DNA of 64,000 bases from an uncultured Dehalococcoidia bacterium (GTDB lineage: Bacteria > Chloroflexota > Dehalococcoidia > Lucifugimonadales > UBA1123), in assembly GCA_964640295.1 (NCBI GenBank), contig CAZXFX010000005.1, positions 21,497 through 85,496 of the forward strand, written 5' to 3'. This document shows, in pieces, positions 27,064-36,662 of the stretch. A program made the translations under genes and the position numbers. The notes beneath the pieces are model-generated. The model made no database searches. It saw only the letters and a program-made list of their open reading frames with translations, and was not told the origin of the DNA. The number at the start of each line of letters is the position of its first letter. Positions within the stretch are counted from its first letter, which is position 1.

Positions 27064-28272
27064 ATGAGAGATGGAAATCGAGACGCGGGGGCGGGCGTAG
27101 ATCGAACGCCGAGCGTCTATGGCGACGACGGAGTTACCATCATCGGCATGATTGGGGTGATTCGGGAGAGTTCCGACAGGCGGGGCGCTACCCTGAGCGT
27201 GTTTGGAGGAGGCATCAACCCTGGTTCCGAAGCGCCGTCCGGAGTTGACCCTGAATATATTCTGGATTTCGCTCGCGCTCACGAAGACGCGGGGTTCGAC
27301 ATGGTTCTCACCGGCTACTCATCTTCCACCCCGGACGGGTTCGAGGTGGCGGGTTACGCCGCGGCGCATACTGAGCGGCTGGGCTACCTGATAGCTCACC
27401 GTCCCGGATTCGTAGCTCCCACTCTTGCCGCTCGCAAAGCCGCCACGCTGGATCAACTTACGGGCGGACGCATCGCGCTTCACATAATCACAGGGGGCAG
27501 CGACGTAGAGCAGCGGCAGGATGGGGACTGGCTGGACCACGACGCGCGCTACCGGCGCACCGACGAATATATGGACATAATGCGTCGGGTCTGGACCGCC
27601 GCAGAGCCGTTCGACCACCAAGGCGAGTTCTATCGTTTAGAGGGCGCGTACAGCCAGGCGCGCTGTCGCCAGCGGCCCCACCTGCCGCTCTTCTTCGGGG
27701 GAGCTTCCGACATTGCGCTGGACGTAGCCAGCCGCCGCGCCGACCTGCTGGCGTTGTGGGGAGAGCCGCGAGCCGCGATTTCCGAGCGCATCGCCGACGC
27801 GCGCCGACGGGTGGCCGTCGCCGGACGCGACCCGGAACAGATGCGTTTCAGCCTGTCCGCGCGACCTATTTTGGCCGACACGGAAGAGAAAGCGTGGGAA
27901 AAAGCCGAGAGAATTCTCGCGCGCGTTAAACAGTCAACCTCCGGCCGCGTCGCTCAGGGCGTCCCCACGCGGCTTCAGTCAGAAGGAGCGTGGCGACTGA
28001 TGCGCTTCGCCGCCGAAGGGGATGTCCACGACGAACGGCTGTGGATGCCCATAGCCGCCGCAAGCGGAGCGTCGGGAAGCACCACCTGCCTGGTCGGAAC
28101 GCCCCGTCAGGTGGCCGATTCGCTTTTAGCGTACTACGACCTGGGATGCGGCGCTTTCATAATACGCGGCTTCGACCCACTGGCCGACGCCATTGACTAC
28201 GGACGCGAGCTCATACCCCTGCTCCGCGAAGGCGTAGCTATGCGGCGTAAAGAAGATCCGCGCAAGCGTTGA
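27064..28272 (+). CDS. LLM-class (luciferase-like) flavin-dependent oxidoreductase
   Basis: LSVFGGG...DFARAHEDAGFDMVLTGY...GGRIALHIITG pattern. The ORF-track start 26890 overlaps pyrG. ATG 27064 or ATG 27148 are plausible starts. Confidence 0.82.
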   Translation: MRDGNRDAGAGVDRTPSVYGDDGVTIIGMIGVIRESSDRRGATLSVFGGGINPGSEAPSGVDPEYILDFARAHEDAGFDMVLTGYSSSTPDGFEVAGYAAAHTERLGYLIAHRPGFVAPTLAARKAATLDQLTGGRIALHIITGGSDVEQRQDGDWLDHDARYRRTDEYMDIMRRVWTAAEPFDHQGEFYRLEGAYSQARCRQRPHLPLFFGGASDIALDVASRRADLLALWGEPRAAISERIADARRRVAVAGRDPEQMRFSLSARPILADTEEKAWEKAERILARVKQSTSGRVAQGVPTRLQSEGAWRLMRFAAEGDVHDERLWMPIAAASGASGSTTCLVGTPRQVADSLLAYYDLGCGAFIIRGFDPLADAIDYGRELIPLLREGVAMRRKEDPRKR

Positions 28273-28294
28273 TACAGTTTCCACACTCACGAAC

Positions 28295-28404
28295 CTGTAA
28301 CGATTTAGTCGGTGGCCCACTTCGGGCAAAAGTCCCTTCCACCTTGATGGGGAAAGGCTAGGATGGGGGTGATCCAATCCTCCGACCAAACTGATACAGG
28401 CTCC
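28295..28404. mobile_element. 110-nt structured intergenic repeat, copy 2 (MITE-like)
   Basis: Same element as 13374-13483. Flanked by its own direct repeat tccacaYtcacg (28280-28291 and 28402-28413). Confidence 0.7.
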
Positions 28405-28471
28405 ACATTCACGCGAGACTGGAAATTTACGCGGATAGGGATTACATTTATATACAGGAGGTATAAGGCTT

Positions 28472-29146
28472 ATGACCAGCATTCAGACAAAGGAGGATTT
28501 CCTCCGCGCGCTCGCCGATGACCCGGCGTTCAAGACAGCGGTGCGGGATGCGCTGATGTCTGAAGTCTTGGCGGACATCCTCGATGAATTGCGAGAGAGC
28601 CGGAAGATACAGGAGTTGATGCTGGCTTCAATAGGAAGGATGTCTGGGGACATCAACAGCATGTCTGGTAGAATCGACAGCATGGCAACCGACATAGGAC
28701 ACTTGATTGGCGACAACCTCGAGAGGAAGATGGGATACGCTCTGCCATCCGAGCTACGCACTGGCTACGGCGTTCGGGAGATGAGTGTGCTGGTCTATCC
28801 CGCAAGAGAAGATGTGGTCACGCCGGAATTCCTGAATGACCTTGACGCCGCGCGGGCGTCAGGGACTATCACAGAAGATGAGCGAGCGCGAGTCCTCAAT
28901 ACCGACATGATCATCTCCGAACTTGGCGACGACGGCCAACGAACCAGATTCTTCGCGGCGGAGGCGTCCAACTCCATCAACAATGATGATATTGACCGCG
29001 CCGTCCGGACAGCGGAGATAATGGAGAAAATTCACGGGCTTCCCGTTGTTCCTATCGCCTTCGGACACCAGGTAGGCGATGCTGTAAGGAGGTATAACAA
29101 TCGGGAAGGAAGGAGAAGGGTTCGAATCATAACATTGAACAGATAG
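28472..29146 (+). CDS. Hypothetical protein: coiled-coil N-terminus plus possible PD-(D/E)XK-like C-terminus
   Basis: 224 aa. N-terminal heptad-like region (GRMSGDINSMSGRIDSMATDIGHL). C-terminal DMIISE...FFAAEASNSINNDDIDRAVRTAEIM...PVVPIAFG resembles a multi-copy family seen in Thermus, Chloroflexi and cyanobacteria. Function not established. Confidence 0.55.
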   Translation: MTSIQTKEDFLRALADDPAFKTAVRDALMSEVLADILDELRESRKIQELMLASIGRMSGDINSMSGRIDSMATDIGHLIGDNLERKMGYALPSELRTGYGVREMSVLVYPAREDVVTPEFLNDLDAARASGTITEDERARVLNTDMIISELGDDGQRTRFFAAEASNSINNDDIDRAVRTAEIMEKIHGLPVVPIAFGHQVGDAVRRYNNREGRRRVRIITLNR

Positions 29147-29273
29147 GGGGTCGCAATTCATCGGCCGTTCGCGCGCCCATTCACGCCACGTCATTCCACG
29201 TATGCGTAAATCGCTATACCCACCCAAGTTCCGGCAACATCCTCGGTATATCTCGCTCCGGTAGTCGTCAGTT

Positions 29274-30653
29274 TTATACCCCCGCTCTCACCCCCATCCC
29301 GGGCGCAATCCCCTCTGCGACCTCGCCTCGCTCCACCACCGGCGTTCCGCCCACCACGACGAACTCGATGCCTGTCGGGGGAAGACTCGGCTCCTCATAG
29401 GTGGAGTTATCAACCACCGTATCCGCATTGAAGATTACGATGTCCGCGTCCATACCCTGTCCTATTCTTCCCTTCCGAGCGAAGGCGGGCGCCCTGTCCT
29501 GAAGCCTGCGAGCGGGCATGAGCGAACACTTGGACAGCGCGTCCGACAGCGACAGCAGCCTGCGCTCGCGCACATATCTTCCGAGTATCAGCGAGTACGT
29601 CCCCGCCGTCCGGGGATGCCCTTTGCCCTTGCGCAGAAAGCCGTCCGTCGCTATAGCGCAGAGCGGACTGGTGACAGCGGTGTCAACAGCGTCCTGCGGC
29701 GTAGAGTGAACGATTACCATGCCGCCCGTCTCTCGGTATTCCGCAAACGTGGACGAGGTGAGCCGCTCTCCCGTCTCCGCCCACTGGAGGCTGTCGTAGC
29801 TAATCCCATACTTCTGCTGCCAGCCCTCGCTGAACAGCGCTGAATCTATCGCCGTCATTCCCGCAGAATACGGATAGCACTCGGTTGTCACATCCAGACC
29901 GCGTTCCCGCGCCCCCTGAATCATGGCGAGCGTATTTCCCGTAGCGTGCATACCAGTGCTTTGGACGTGGACGATGTGCAGCGGGGCGCCCGTCACCGCC
30001 GAGGCCGCTATCACCTCGCCGGCCGCTTCTATGCTGCTCATCGGGTCCTGATGTCCCTTGCCGCGAAGGTGAACATGACACGGCGCGCCATACCTGGCCG
30101 CTATCCTGAATACCTCGATTACCTCCCACTTGGAGCAGCCGCGCGTGTAGTCAAGCCCAAACCCGACCGCCAGCGCGCCGCGCCGCAGTCCATGCTCGAC
30201 GCCTTCTTTGATGCGCCCAAGCTCCTCCGCCGTCGCTTCGCGGTACGCCGCGTCCGCCACAGGCAGGAAATCGCCCGGGTCGTCCATGACCTGGATGCGA
30301 ACCGGGATATGCCCCACGCTCGCGCCATAATTGACCAGCGAATAGCCTCGCCGCCGTTCATACCATGAATCAACGTCTCCCACTCCCACCTCAAGCTCCA
30401 GCGCGGTGGTAACGCCGTCCCGCGCCTGAACCTCGTAGTTCTCGGCGTCCTGTCCGTGCGAGTGCAGATCAATGAATCCGGGCGCGACTACCAGGCCGCT
30501 CGCGTCTATCGCCATGTCGCCCGCGATTTTAGCGTCCGTCAGCGTCTCTATCCGCCCTCCATTCACCCCGATGTTCCGAATGGCGTCAAGGCCGGACTCC
30601 GGGTCTATGACTCTGCCGCCGATGATTGCCAGATCGTAGGTCATGTATTTCAC
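29274..30653 (-). CDS. D-aminoacylase-type amidohydrolase (N-acyl-D-amino-acid deacylase family)
   Basis: YDLAIIGGRVIDPESG...GGRIETL...ASGLVVAPGFIDLHSHGQD N-terminus and 459-aa length are typical of the family. Confidence 0.88.
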   Translation of the reverse strand: MKYMTYDLAIIGGRVIDPESGLDAIRNIGVNGGRIETLTDAKIAGDMAIDASGLVVAPGFIDLHSHGQDAENYEVQARDGVTTALELEVGVGDVDSWYERRRGYSLVNYGASVGHIPVRIQVMDDPGDFLPVADAAYREATAEELGRIKEGVEHGLRRGALAVGFGLDYTRGCSKWEVIEVFRIAARYGAPCHVHLRGKGHQDPMSSIEAAGEVIAASAVTGAPLHIVHVQSTGMHATGNTLAMIQGARERGLDVTTECYPYSAGMTAIDSALFSEGWQQKYGISYDSLQWAETGERLTSSTFAEYRETGGMVIVHSTPQDAVDTAVTSPLCAIATDGFLRKGKGHPRTAGTYSLILGRYVRERRLLSLSDALSKCSLMPARRLQDRAPAFARKGRIGQGMDADIVIFNADTVVDNSTYEEPSLPPTGIEFVVVGGTPVVERGEVAEGIAPGMGVRAGV

Positions 30654-31411
30654 CTCTGGTACAAATTCGATACAGGCAGAAACTCATCCGCCGACTCGAC
30701 GCGCCTCTCCACCACTTCTCCCCTTTGGACATACAGCGTATAAACGCCCGCGTCCGGCGCCGCGGGCAGAACTTTATAGCCATTGTCAACGACCGCCAGT
30801 GCGCAGTCGTTGTCTATAGCTATGCCGACGCCCCCCTTCCTCTTCACCATGTCGTGAAAGCTCTGCCGCCTTGGGACGCCGTCCGTCTCCCCGTTGTAGT
30901 GCGGACATGCCAGTCCCCTGACCAACCCCATTCCGGTAACCGCGATATAGTCCCAGCCTTCAGGACGATAGAAGGACATCGAGTCGCTGTGTCCGCTGTC
31001 GAACCAGCATATCGCGCCCGCGCTCACGCCGCACAGTACCGCGCCGCGCGCGTGAGCGTCCCGCAGAAGCGCGTCAACGCCGAGCCTGCGCCAGCGACGC
31101 ATCATCTTCAGCGTGTTGCCGCCTCCTACGTAGATTATGTCTGCCCACACTATCTTTCGGGCGACTTCCGACGGCTCCGGATCCTTCCCCAGCAGATACA
31201 GAACGTCGGTATCGCATCCATAGGCGACGCGATAAGCGCCGTCGAACGACTCCCAATACTCAATCGAATCACTGCTAGCGGTCGGTATGAACAGCGCGTT
31301 CAACCTATCCGAGCCGGCTCGCTTGGGCGCCATCTCCATGATCGCCCTATCTATCGGCTCAGTAGCCAGGGCGCCCAGGTCTCCCCCTCCGATAGCCACA
31401 ATCTTTCCCAT
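30650..31411 (-). CDS. Peptidase S51 family (dipeptidase E / cyanophycinase-like)
   Basis: VAIGGGDL..., IYVGGGNTLKMM and GVSAGAICWF (nucleophile Ser context). 4-nt overlap with the downstream gene. Confidence 0.85.
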   Translation of the reverse strand: MGKIVAIGGGDLGALATEPIDRAIMEMAPKRAGSDRLNALFIPTASSDSIEYWESFDGAYRVAYGCDTDVLYLLGKDPEPSEVARKIVWADIIYVGGGNTLKMMRRWRRLGVDALLRDAHARGAVLCGVSAGAICWFDSGHSDSMSFYRPEGWDYIAVTGMGLVRGLACPHYNGETDGVPRRQSFHDMVKRKGGVGIAIDNDCALAVVDNGYKVLPAAPDAGVYTLYVQRGEVVERRVESADEFLPVSNLYQR

Positions 31412-31424
31412 CTGAAACCTCCGC

Positions 31425-32825
31425 TTATATCAGGTTAGCGGGATGTCGCGTGTGCCAGTCCGTCACGGACTGGTAGCGTCTTCCAATCGCCAAGCACACG
31501 TTCTCATCATACGCTCTCGACATGAACTGTATCCCTGTCGGCATGCCGTCTGCGTCGAAACCGCTCGGAACCGAAATGGACGGCAGCCCGCAGCCGTTGC
31601 CGACAGCCCCCATCACGTCGCCCGGGCCCCTAATCGTCCGCCTGAACTGTTCGTCAATCGGAGTGGCAGTCGTGAGCGACGTCGGCGCGGCTATGGCGTC
31701 ATAGCCAGACATGACCGCGTCAACCTCCCGCGCCATCAACCCGCGCAGCCGCAGCGCCTTTATATAGTCGCTGGCCAGAATCGCGGTTCTCGCGTATGGG
31801 CCATAGTGGTCTTCCGGCGCAGTCAAGCCCGCCGGGCCGCCTTCGGCGATGAAGTCCTCGAACGCGCTCGCCGACTCCACCATCAGAATCGTCCTCGTGA
31901 CCTGCGCGTAGGGCAGGTCTGGGAACTCCATCTCCTCCACGTCCACGAAATCGGCCAGCGCGCCAAGCGCCGCCTCGAAGTTGGTTTTCACTTCATCCTG
32001 CGCGCCCTCCGTCACGTCCTTGAGGACCCCTAGCTTGAATTTTCGACCGGGATCGTACTCGGCGTCGTACTCGAACGGCTGGGAGTAGGTCGTGGGGTCG
32101 TTCGGGTCTGGACCCGCTATTGCCTCGAGGACTATGCCGCAATCGTCAGCCGTCAGGCACAGCGGCCCAAGCTTGTCCAGCGTCCAGCACAGCGCCATCG
32201 CGCCATGTCGGCTGACTCGCCCATAAGTAGGCCGCAGACCCGAAAGGCCGCAGTTGTTCGACGGCGACAGTATGGACCCCCACGTTTCCGAGCCTATTGC
32301 AAATGGAACGAGCCCAGCGGCGACCGCCGCGCCCGACCCGCTTGACGACCCGCCCGTCCAGCGCTCCCTGTTCCATGGATTCCGAGGCGGTCCCGTAAAC
32401 GACGCGTTCGGCTGGTTGTATCCCATCCCGCCCGCAAGCTCGATCATGGCGAGCTTGGCTGCCAGAGGCGCGCCCGCGCTTTCCAGTCTGCTTATCACGG
32501 TCGCGTCTCGGTCGAATTTCTGCTCGCTGAACGGCGCGGCTCCCCATGACGTCGGTATGCCGCCTGACGTGGCGAGCAGATCCTTCGCTCCCCAGGGTAT
32601 GCCCGCCAGCGCGCCGAGCTCGCGACCGGCGGCAATATCCGATTCGATTCGACGCGCCGTTTCCAGCGCGCGCTCTGACGTGAGAGTCACCAGCGCGTTG
32701 TGCGAAGGACCGAACTCGCCCAGGCGAGCCAGGCACGTTTCAGTTAGCTCAACCGGCGATACTGAGCCGTCTCGTATCAGCCTCGCCAACTCTCTAACAG
32801 GCGTGAATACCAGTTGATCAGCCAT
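31425..32825 (-). CDS. Amidase-signature family amidase (GatA/AtzE-like)
   Basis: GGSSSGSGAAVAAG signature. Start set at ATG 32825 (MADQLVFTPVRELARLIRDG), which overlaps the stop of the upstream small ORF (ATGGCTGA). Confidence 0.9.
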   Translation of the reverse strand: MADQLVFTPVRELARLIRDGSVSPVELTETCLARLGEFGPSHNALVTLTSERALETARRIESDIAAGRELGALAGIPWGAKDLLATSGGIPTSWGAAPFSEQKFDRDATVISRLESAGAPLAAKLAMIELAGGMGYNQPNASFTGPPRNPWNRERWTGGSSSGSGAAVAAGLVPFAIGSETWGSILSPSNNCGLSGLRPTYGRVSRHGAMALCWTLDKLGPLCLTADDCGIVLEAIAGPDPNDPTTYSQPFEYDAEYDPGRKFKLGVLKDVTEGAQDEVKTNFEAALGALADFVDVEEMEFPDLPYAQVTRTILMVESASAFEDFIAEGGPAGLTAPEDHYGPYARTAILASDYIKALRLRGLMAREVDAVMSGYDAIAAPTSLTTATPIDEQFRRTIRGPGDVMGAVGNGCGLPSISVPSGFDADGMPTGIQFMSRAYDENVCLAIGRRYQSVTDWHTRHPANLI

Positions 32826-33036
32826 TGTCGTCGCTCCTATAAGGCTTGAAGATGGAAAAGGGCTCGACATCATTCGTCAATCGTATGTTTCGCATTGGCT
32901 TGAAGAGTTCGGACAGCCCGATCACCGTATTCCGCGCCTCAGCCAACTGCTCGTCGTTCAGCAGATGTCCGTACTTCTCCTTGACCACCGCGTACATAAG
33001 GTCCTGCTCCAGCGACTTTCTGGTCGTGTCGTCCAT
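32818..33036 (-). CDS. Small GatC/AtzG-like (DUF4089-like) protein translationally coupled to the amidase
   Basis: 72 aa from ATG 33036 (GGGAGGAAG RBS). Size, helical character and position immediately upstream of an amidase-signature enzyme match the AtzG/GatC arrangement. The sequence-level assignment is unverified. Confidence 0.5.
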   Translation of the reverse strand: MDDTTRKSLEQDLMYAVVKEKYGHLLNDEQLAEARNTVIGLSELFKPMRNIRLTNDVEPFSIFKPYRSDDNG

Positions 33037-33173
33037 AAAATTCTTCCTCCCGATTATCAATCAGAAACCCAAGCGCCTATATATTATCATGCCAGTTTAG
33101 TGTATTTTGTTATCATGCCCCTATTGGCCACAATGGTTCTGCGGGCGTTGAGCGGTTCAGCAACAGGAGGAAG

Positions 33174-33437
33174 ATGATGGGCAAGTATTCTCCGTTAAAA
33201 GAACGTTTGATCAGCGACGAACGGAAGGGAAAGATCGAAGTTCCTATGTCTTTCGGCGAAATAGAAGCGATTATAGATGACGAATTACCCATCTCGGCAT
33301 ACAGCTACAGGCCCTGGTGGACTAACTCCAGGAACACAGAGATATCCGGCGCAAAGAACGGGTGGATAGCGGCCAACTGGCAAGTAAAATCTGTTGATCT
33401 GACACAGAAAACGGTCGTTTTTCGCCGAGCGACTTAA
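33174..33437 (+). CDS. Small conserved hypothetical protein
   Basis: 87 aa with an AGGAGG RBS. The pattern MSFGEIEAIIDDELPISAYSYRPWWTN...GWIAANWQVKSVDL..KTVVFRR recalls a widespread small domain of unknown function. Confidence 0.6.
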   Translation: MMGKYSPLKERLISDERKGKIEVPMSFGEIEAIIDDELPISAYSYRPWWTNSRNTEISGAKNGWIAANWQVKSVDLTQKTVVFRRAT

Positions 33438-33467
33438 TTCTGACGCTAAAATAGTTGATATACTGCA

Positions 33468-34316
33468 ATGACGCGTTTAGCGGGCATATTCGGATATCCA
33501 ATCCGACACTCTATCTCTCCCGCCATGCACAACGCCGCGTTCGAGCGCGCCGGCATTGACGCGGTGTACGAGCCTTGGGAGACGCGACCTGGCGATCTTG
33601 CCGACGGCGTGGCTTCTCTTAGAAGCGAACGCTATCTGGGCGCCAACGTAACTGTGCCGCACAAGCAGGCTGTAATGCCGCATCTTGACCACATTGACGA
33701 CCTGGCGACTAGAATCGGCGCCGTAAACACCATCTCCAACCAAAATGGCCTACTTACAGGCTCCAACACTGACGCGCTCGGGTTCATCGAGTCGCTGCGA
33801 GTCGAGGCCGGAGCGACCGTTACAGGCTTCAATATCGCGCTTATAGGCGCGGGCGGGGCGGCGCGCGCCGCCGCATACGCGCTTGCGGACGCGGGCGTGG
33901 GCGCGCTCGCGATTGCCAACCGCACGGTCGAACGCGCCGAGTCTCTCGCAGACGAGATACGCGGGACAGGAACCGGCGCGTCTGCGTATAGCGTTGCGGA
34001 CAGCGATTTTCGCGCATTCTGCGAGCGCGCCGACCTGATAGTCAACTCCACGTCGGTCGGCATGCTGCACGGCCCCGCGGAAGGCGAGTCTCCGATTCCC
34101 GCGGATGTCATCTCCCCCGGCTGCATAGTCTATGACATGGTATATAACCCTCCATTGACGCCGCTTCTCATGGACGCAGAGAAAGTGGGCGCGCGAATCG
34201 TCGGCGGTCTGCCCATGCTGGTTTACCAAGGAGCCGCCGCCTGGTCTCTCTGGACGGGACGGGACGCGCCGGTCGAAGTGATGTTCACCGCGGCCCAGGA
34301 AGCGCTCGGATTGTAA
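33468..34316 (+). CDS. aroE: Shikimate dehydrogenase
   Basis: GIFGYPIRHSISPAMHNAAF, NVTVPHK, NTD and GAGGAARA motifs. Confidence 0.92.
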   Translation: MTRLAGIFGYPIRHSISPAMHNAAFERAGIDAVYEPWETRPGDLADGVASLRSERYLGANVTVPHKQAVMPHLDHIDDLATRIGAVNTISNQNGLLTGSNTDALGFIESLRVEAGATVTGFNIALIGAGGAARAAAYALADAGVGALAIANRTVERAESLADEIRGTGTGASAYSVADSDFRAFCERADLIVNSTSVGMLHGPAEGESPIPADVISPGCIVYDMVYNPPLTPLLMDAEKVGARIVGGLPMLVYQGAAAWSLWTGRDAPVEVMFTAAQEALGL

Positions 34317-34405
34317 TAGCGACTCAGTGAACTCGATAACGCTAGACGCCTCCTTGCGCTGTTTCTAAAATTTATTCAAGAAACAGTCAAAAAGAGGCGC
34401 TCCCC

Positions 34406-35206
34406 ATGAAATACAGTTCAGCCCCCAATGTCTATCTGGTCAGCAGACCGTCCGTTGACTGGGATCAGATCGCCGCGTTCCTATCCGACGAGGACCTGCC
34501 GCCCATTCCGAGCAGCATACGCGCGGGCGCGGACGACGCCAACGCGATCATCGAGACATCTGCCAGGCTGTGCTACATGAGCTTTGGACGTGGTCGAAGC
34601 GACATCGAAGACTTCATCTACAACCTTCTCGGCATGAAAGACGGCTCGGTATTCGAACACGTAAACTACGGATTTGTCGTTACCGGCGTCTCGCGCAGCC
34701 TGACGCACGAACTTGTGCGACACAGGGCCGGGTTCGCTTACAGCCAGCGCTCGCAGAGATACGTTGACGAGACTGAGGGGTCATTTGTCATGCCGCCCGC
34801 GCTGGTCATGGAAAACGGCGCGGCGGACGACGCCCGCGCGGTCTTCGAAAACGCGCTTGAGTCCGCCGCCGACAGCTACGTAAAACTCGTCGAAGAGCTG
34901 GAGGAGGTTCTTCCCAAAGAGCGATTCCCGCGCAACACGGACAGACGCAAGGCAATAAGGCAGGCCGCCCGTTCCGTTCTGCCGAACGCCACCGAAACCA
35001 AGATATTCGTGACCGGCAATGTTCGCGCCTGGCGACACTTCATCGAGATGCGCGCCGCGCCTTTCGCCGACTGGGAAATTCGCTCGCTCGCCCTGCGGAT
35101 TCTCGAACTGCTGCGGAAAGAGGCGCCCCTGATGTTCGGCGACTTCGAGGTGTCGGACCTGACCGATGGCACACAGGTCGCCAAGCCGCGATACTCAAAG
35201 GTCTGA
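34406..35206 (+). CDS. thyX: FAD-dependent thymidylate synthase
   Basis: ThyX signature RHRAGFAYSQRSQRY. Confidence 0.92.
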   Translation: MKYSSAPNVYLVSRPSVDWDQIAAFLSDEDLPPIPSSIRAGADDANAIIETSARLCYMSFGRGRSDIEDFIYNLLGMKDGSVFEHVNYGFVVTGVSRSLTHELVRHRAGFAYSQRSQRYVDETEGSFVMPPALVMENGAADDARAVFENALESAADSYVKLVEELEEVLPKERFPRNTDRRKAIRQAARSVLPNATETKIFVTGNVRAWRHFIEMRAAPFADWEIRSLALRILELLRKEAPLMFGDFEVSDLTDGTQVAKPRYSKV

Positions 35207-35330
35207 ATTAGCCTGAATTAGCGCTCTTGCAGGATATGCTCTCAGGTATATTTACTCGCGCGTCGTCAATGCTACATCGCCAATGTCTGCGCGTTTTGCT
35301 GTGACCATATTGCAGCCAGAAGCGAGCGGG

Positions 35331-35606
35331 TTAGGCGTCGTATTCGACCAGGTGCGACTTTTCGGCGTCTTCCAGCGCCGCCTCTATCGCGCGCACCAAC
35401 TCACGCGCAGACTTCGCGGAAAGTTCCACAGGCACGCGGGCGTCCAGCCCCAGGCTCTCATTGACGAAATCTATGTTCAGCGTATGGTCGCCTTGCGAAT
35501 GAAATGGATGATCGTAGTAAACTCGCGCGCCGGTCAGCTTGAACCATCCCTTATGTCCTCGTCCGCTCCCATCTATCTCCGCGTGTTCGGTAACGTATGT
35601 GCACAT
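35331..35606 (-). CDS. Small conserved hypothetical protein (DUF6295-like by recollection)
   Basis: MCTYVTEHAEIDGSGRGHKGWFKLTGARVYYDHPFH...HTLNIDF. Start at the second ATG (35606) fits the GGAG RBS spacing. The overlapping plus-strand ORF 35283-35690 was rejected. Confidence 0.5.
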   Translation of the reverse strand: MCTYVTEHAEIDGSGRGHKGWFKLTGARVYYDHPFHSQGDHTLNIDFVNESLGLDARVPVELSAKSARELVRAIEAALEDAEKSHLVEYDA

Positions 35607-35676
35607 GGACATATCTCCGCGTATCTCGGCCCCGCGGGGCCAGCGTCTATTTCAGCGTTATCATGGGGGAAGCGTA

Positions 35677-36378
35677 CTATTCGCAGTTAGTGGTGTCAAC
35701 GAACCGCTCAGACGCAATTTTACTCGTCTTGAATCCGAATACATCCCCGAACTTTTTCACCAATATCGGAGCTACTTTAGCCACCGACGCATTCTGACCA
35801 ATCTCGAGGTTTAACGATGTTGCGCGGCTTTCTGGCATTCCGCACGGGACTATGTGATCGAAATACGACAGGTCAGGGGATACGTTTAGCGCAAAGCCAT
35901 GTGTGGTCGCGCGTCGACTCACTTTCACTCCGATGGCCGCTATCTTGCGGTCTTCCACCCACACTCCGGTTGGACGCCCTTCGCTCTCGGCGCAGACGCC
36001 GAACTCCGCCAGCGTCTCTATCAGCGTCCTCTCCAACGCGCGCACGTATTTCAGCGGCCCTCCGCCCCAGCGACGCAGATTGATGATCGGATATCCAACA
36101 AGCTGACCGGGTCCATGGTACGTGACCTCGCCGCCTCTGTCGGTGTGATGGACTTCGATTCCCAGCCTTTCGAGCGAGTCCGCGCCAAGCAGTATGTCCG
36201 CTTCCTGTCCGCGACGCCCAAGCGTATAGACGTGAGGATGCTCCAATAGAAGCAGCGTATCCGGACTGTCGCCTTCCGCAACCTCTCCGTGAATGCGCGA
36301 CTGAATATCCCGCGCCTCTCCGTATGGGACGAGTCCAAGCCATGTCGCGACAATTTGATTCTTAATGTCTGTCGCCAT
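35677..36378 (-). CDS. lipB: Lipoyl(octanoyl) transferase
   Basis: LLLLEHPHVYTLGRRG, TDRGGEVTYHGPGQLVGYPI and KIAAIGVKV motifs. Confidence 0.92.
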   Translation of the reverse strand: MATDIKNQIVATWLGLVPYGEARDIQSRIHGEVAEGDSPDTLLLLEHPHVYTLGRRGQEADILLGADSLERLGIEVHHTDRGGEVTYHGPGQLVGYPIINLRRWGGGPLKYVRALERTLIETLAEFGVCAESEGRPTGVWVEDRKIAAIGVKVSRRATTHGFALNVSPDLSYFDHIVPCGMPESRATSLNLEIGQNASVAKVAPILVKKFGDVFGFKTSKIASERFVDTTNCE

Positions 36379-36457
36379 CTGTGATAGGCTTTTGTAGAGT
36401 CAAATACAGCATGAATCCAAATTCGCAATTCTGAATTCACCATTCCAAATCACGCGC

Positions 36458-36600
36458 AATATCAGAGAAGCGGTCGGCGACAAAGTTGATCTGCTGATAG
36501 GCACGCACGACCAGATGACTACGTCCAGCGCCATACGACTCGCCAAGCGGCTCAAACCGCAGGACCCGCTCTGGTTTGAAGAACCCGTGCCGCCCTATTC
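36458..36600 (+). pseudogene. Remnant of an enolase-superfamily (mandelate racemase/muconate lactonizing enzyme type) gene
   Basis: No start codon. The in-frame translation NIREAVGDKVDLLIGTHDQMTTSSAIRLAKRLKPQDPLWFEEPVPP parallels VRDAVGPNVEILVEVHAKFSVYTAIHLGQRLEKYRPFWFEEPTSQ of the intact paralog at 54111-55250. Both the N- and C-terminal parts are missing. Confidence 0.6.
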
Positions 36601-36662
36601 ACTGTTTCCGCCAATCATATGTTGGGTATATCGTCCTAAGTTCTCGCAGCCACAGTTCCTGA

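Noticed and set aside
33084-33119. Direct repeat ttatcatgcc x2 (26-nt spacing) in the divergent promoter region, considered as an operator
   Set aside because: Only 10 nt long, with no regulator gene adjacent and no palindromic symmetry. It is noted but cannot be supported from sequence alone.
35283-35690. 135-aa plus-strand ORF overlapping the small minus-strand gene
   Set aside because: The minus-strand product (MCTYVTEHAEI...) resembles a conserved small-protein family and has an RBS. The plus-strand translation is Arg/Leu-rich without features.
36431-36450. Similarity of aattcaccattccaaat to the hairpin arm at 56925-56940, considered as a third repeat family
   Set aside because: Only about 16 nt match, and only one arm is present at 36431. 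This is too short to distinguish from chance.
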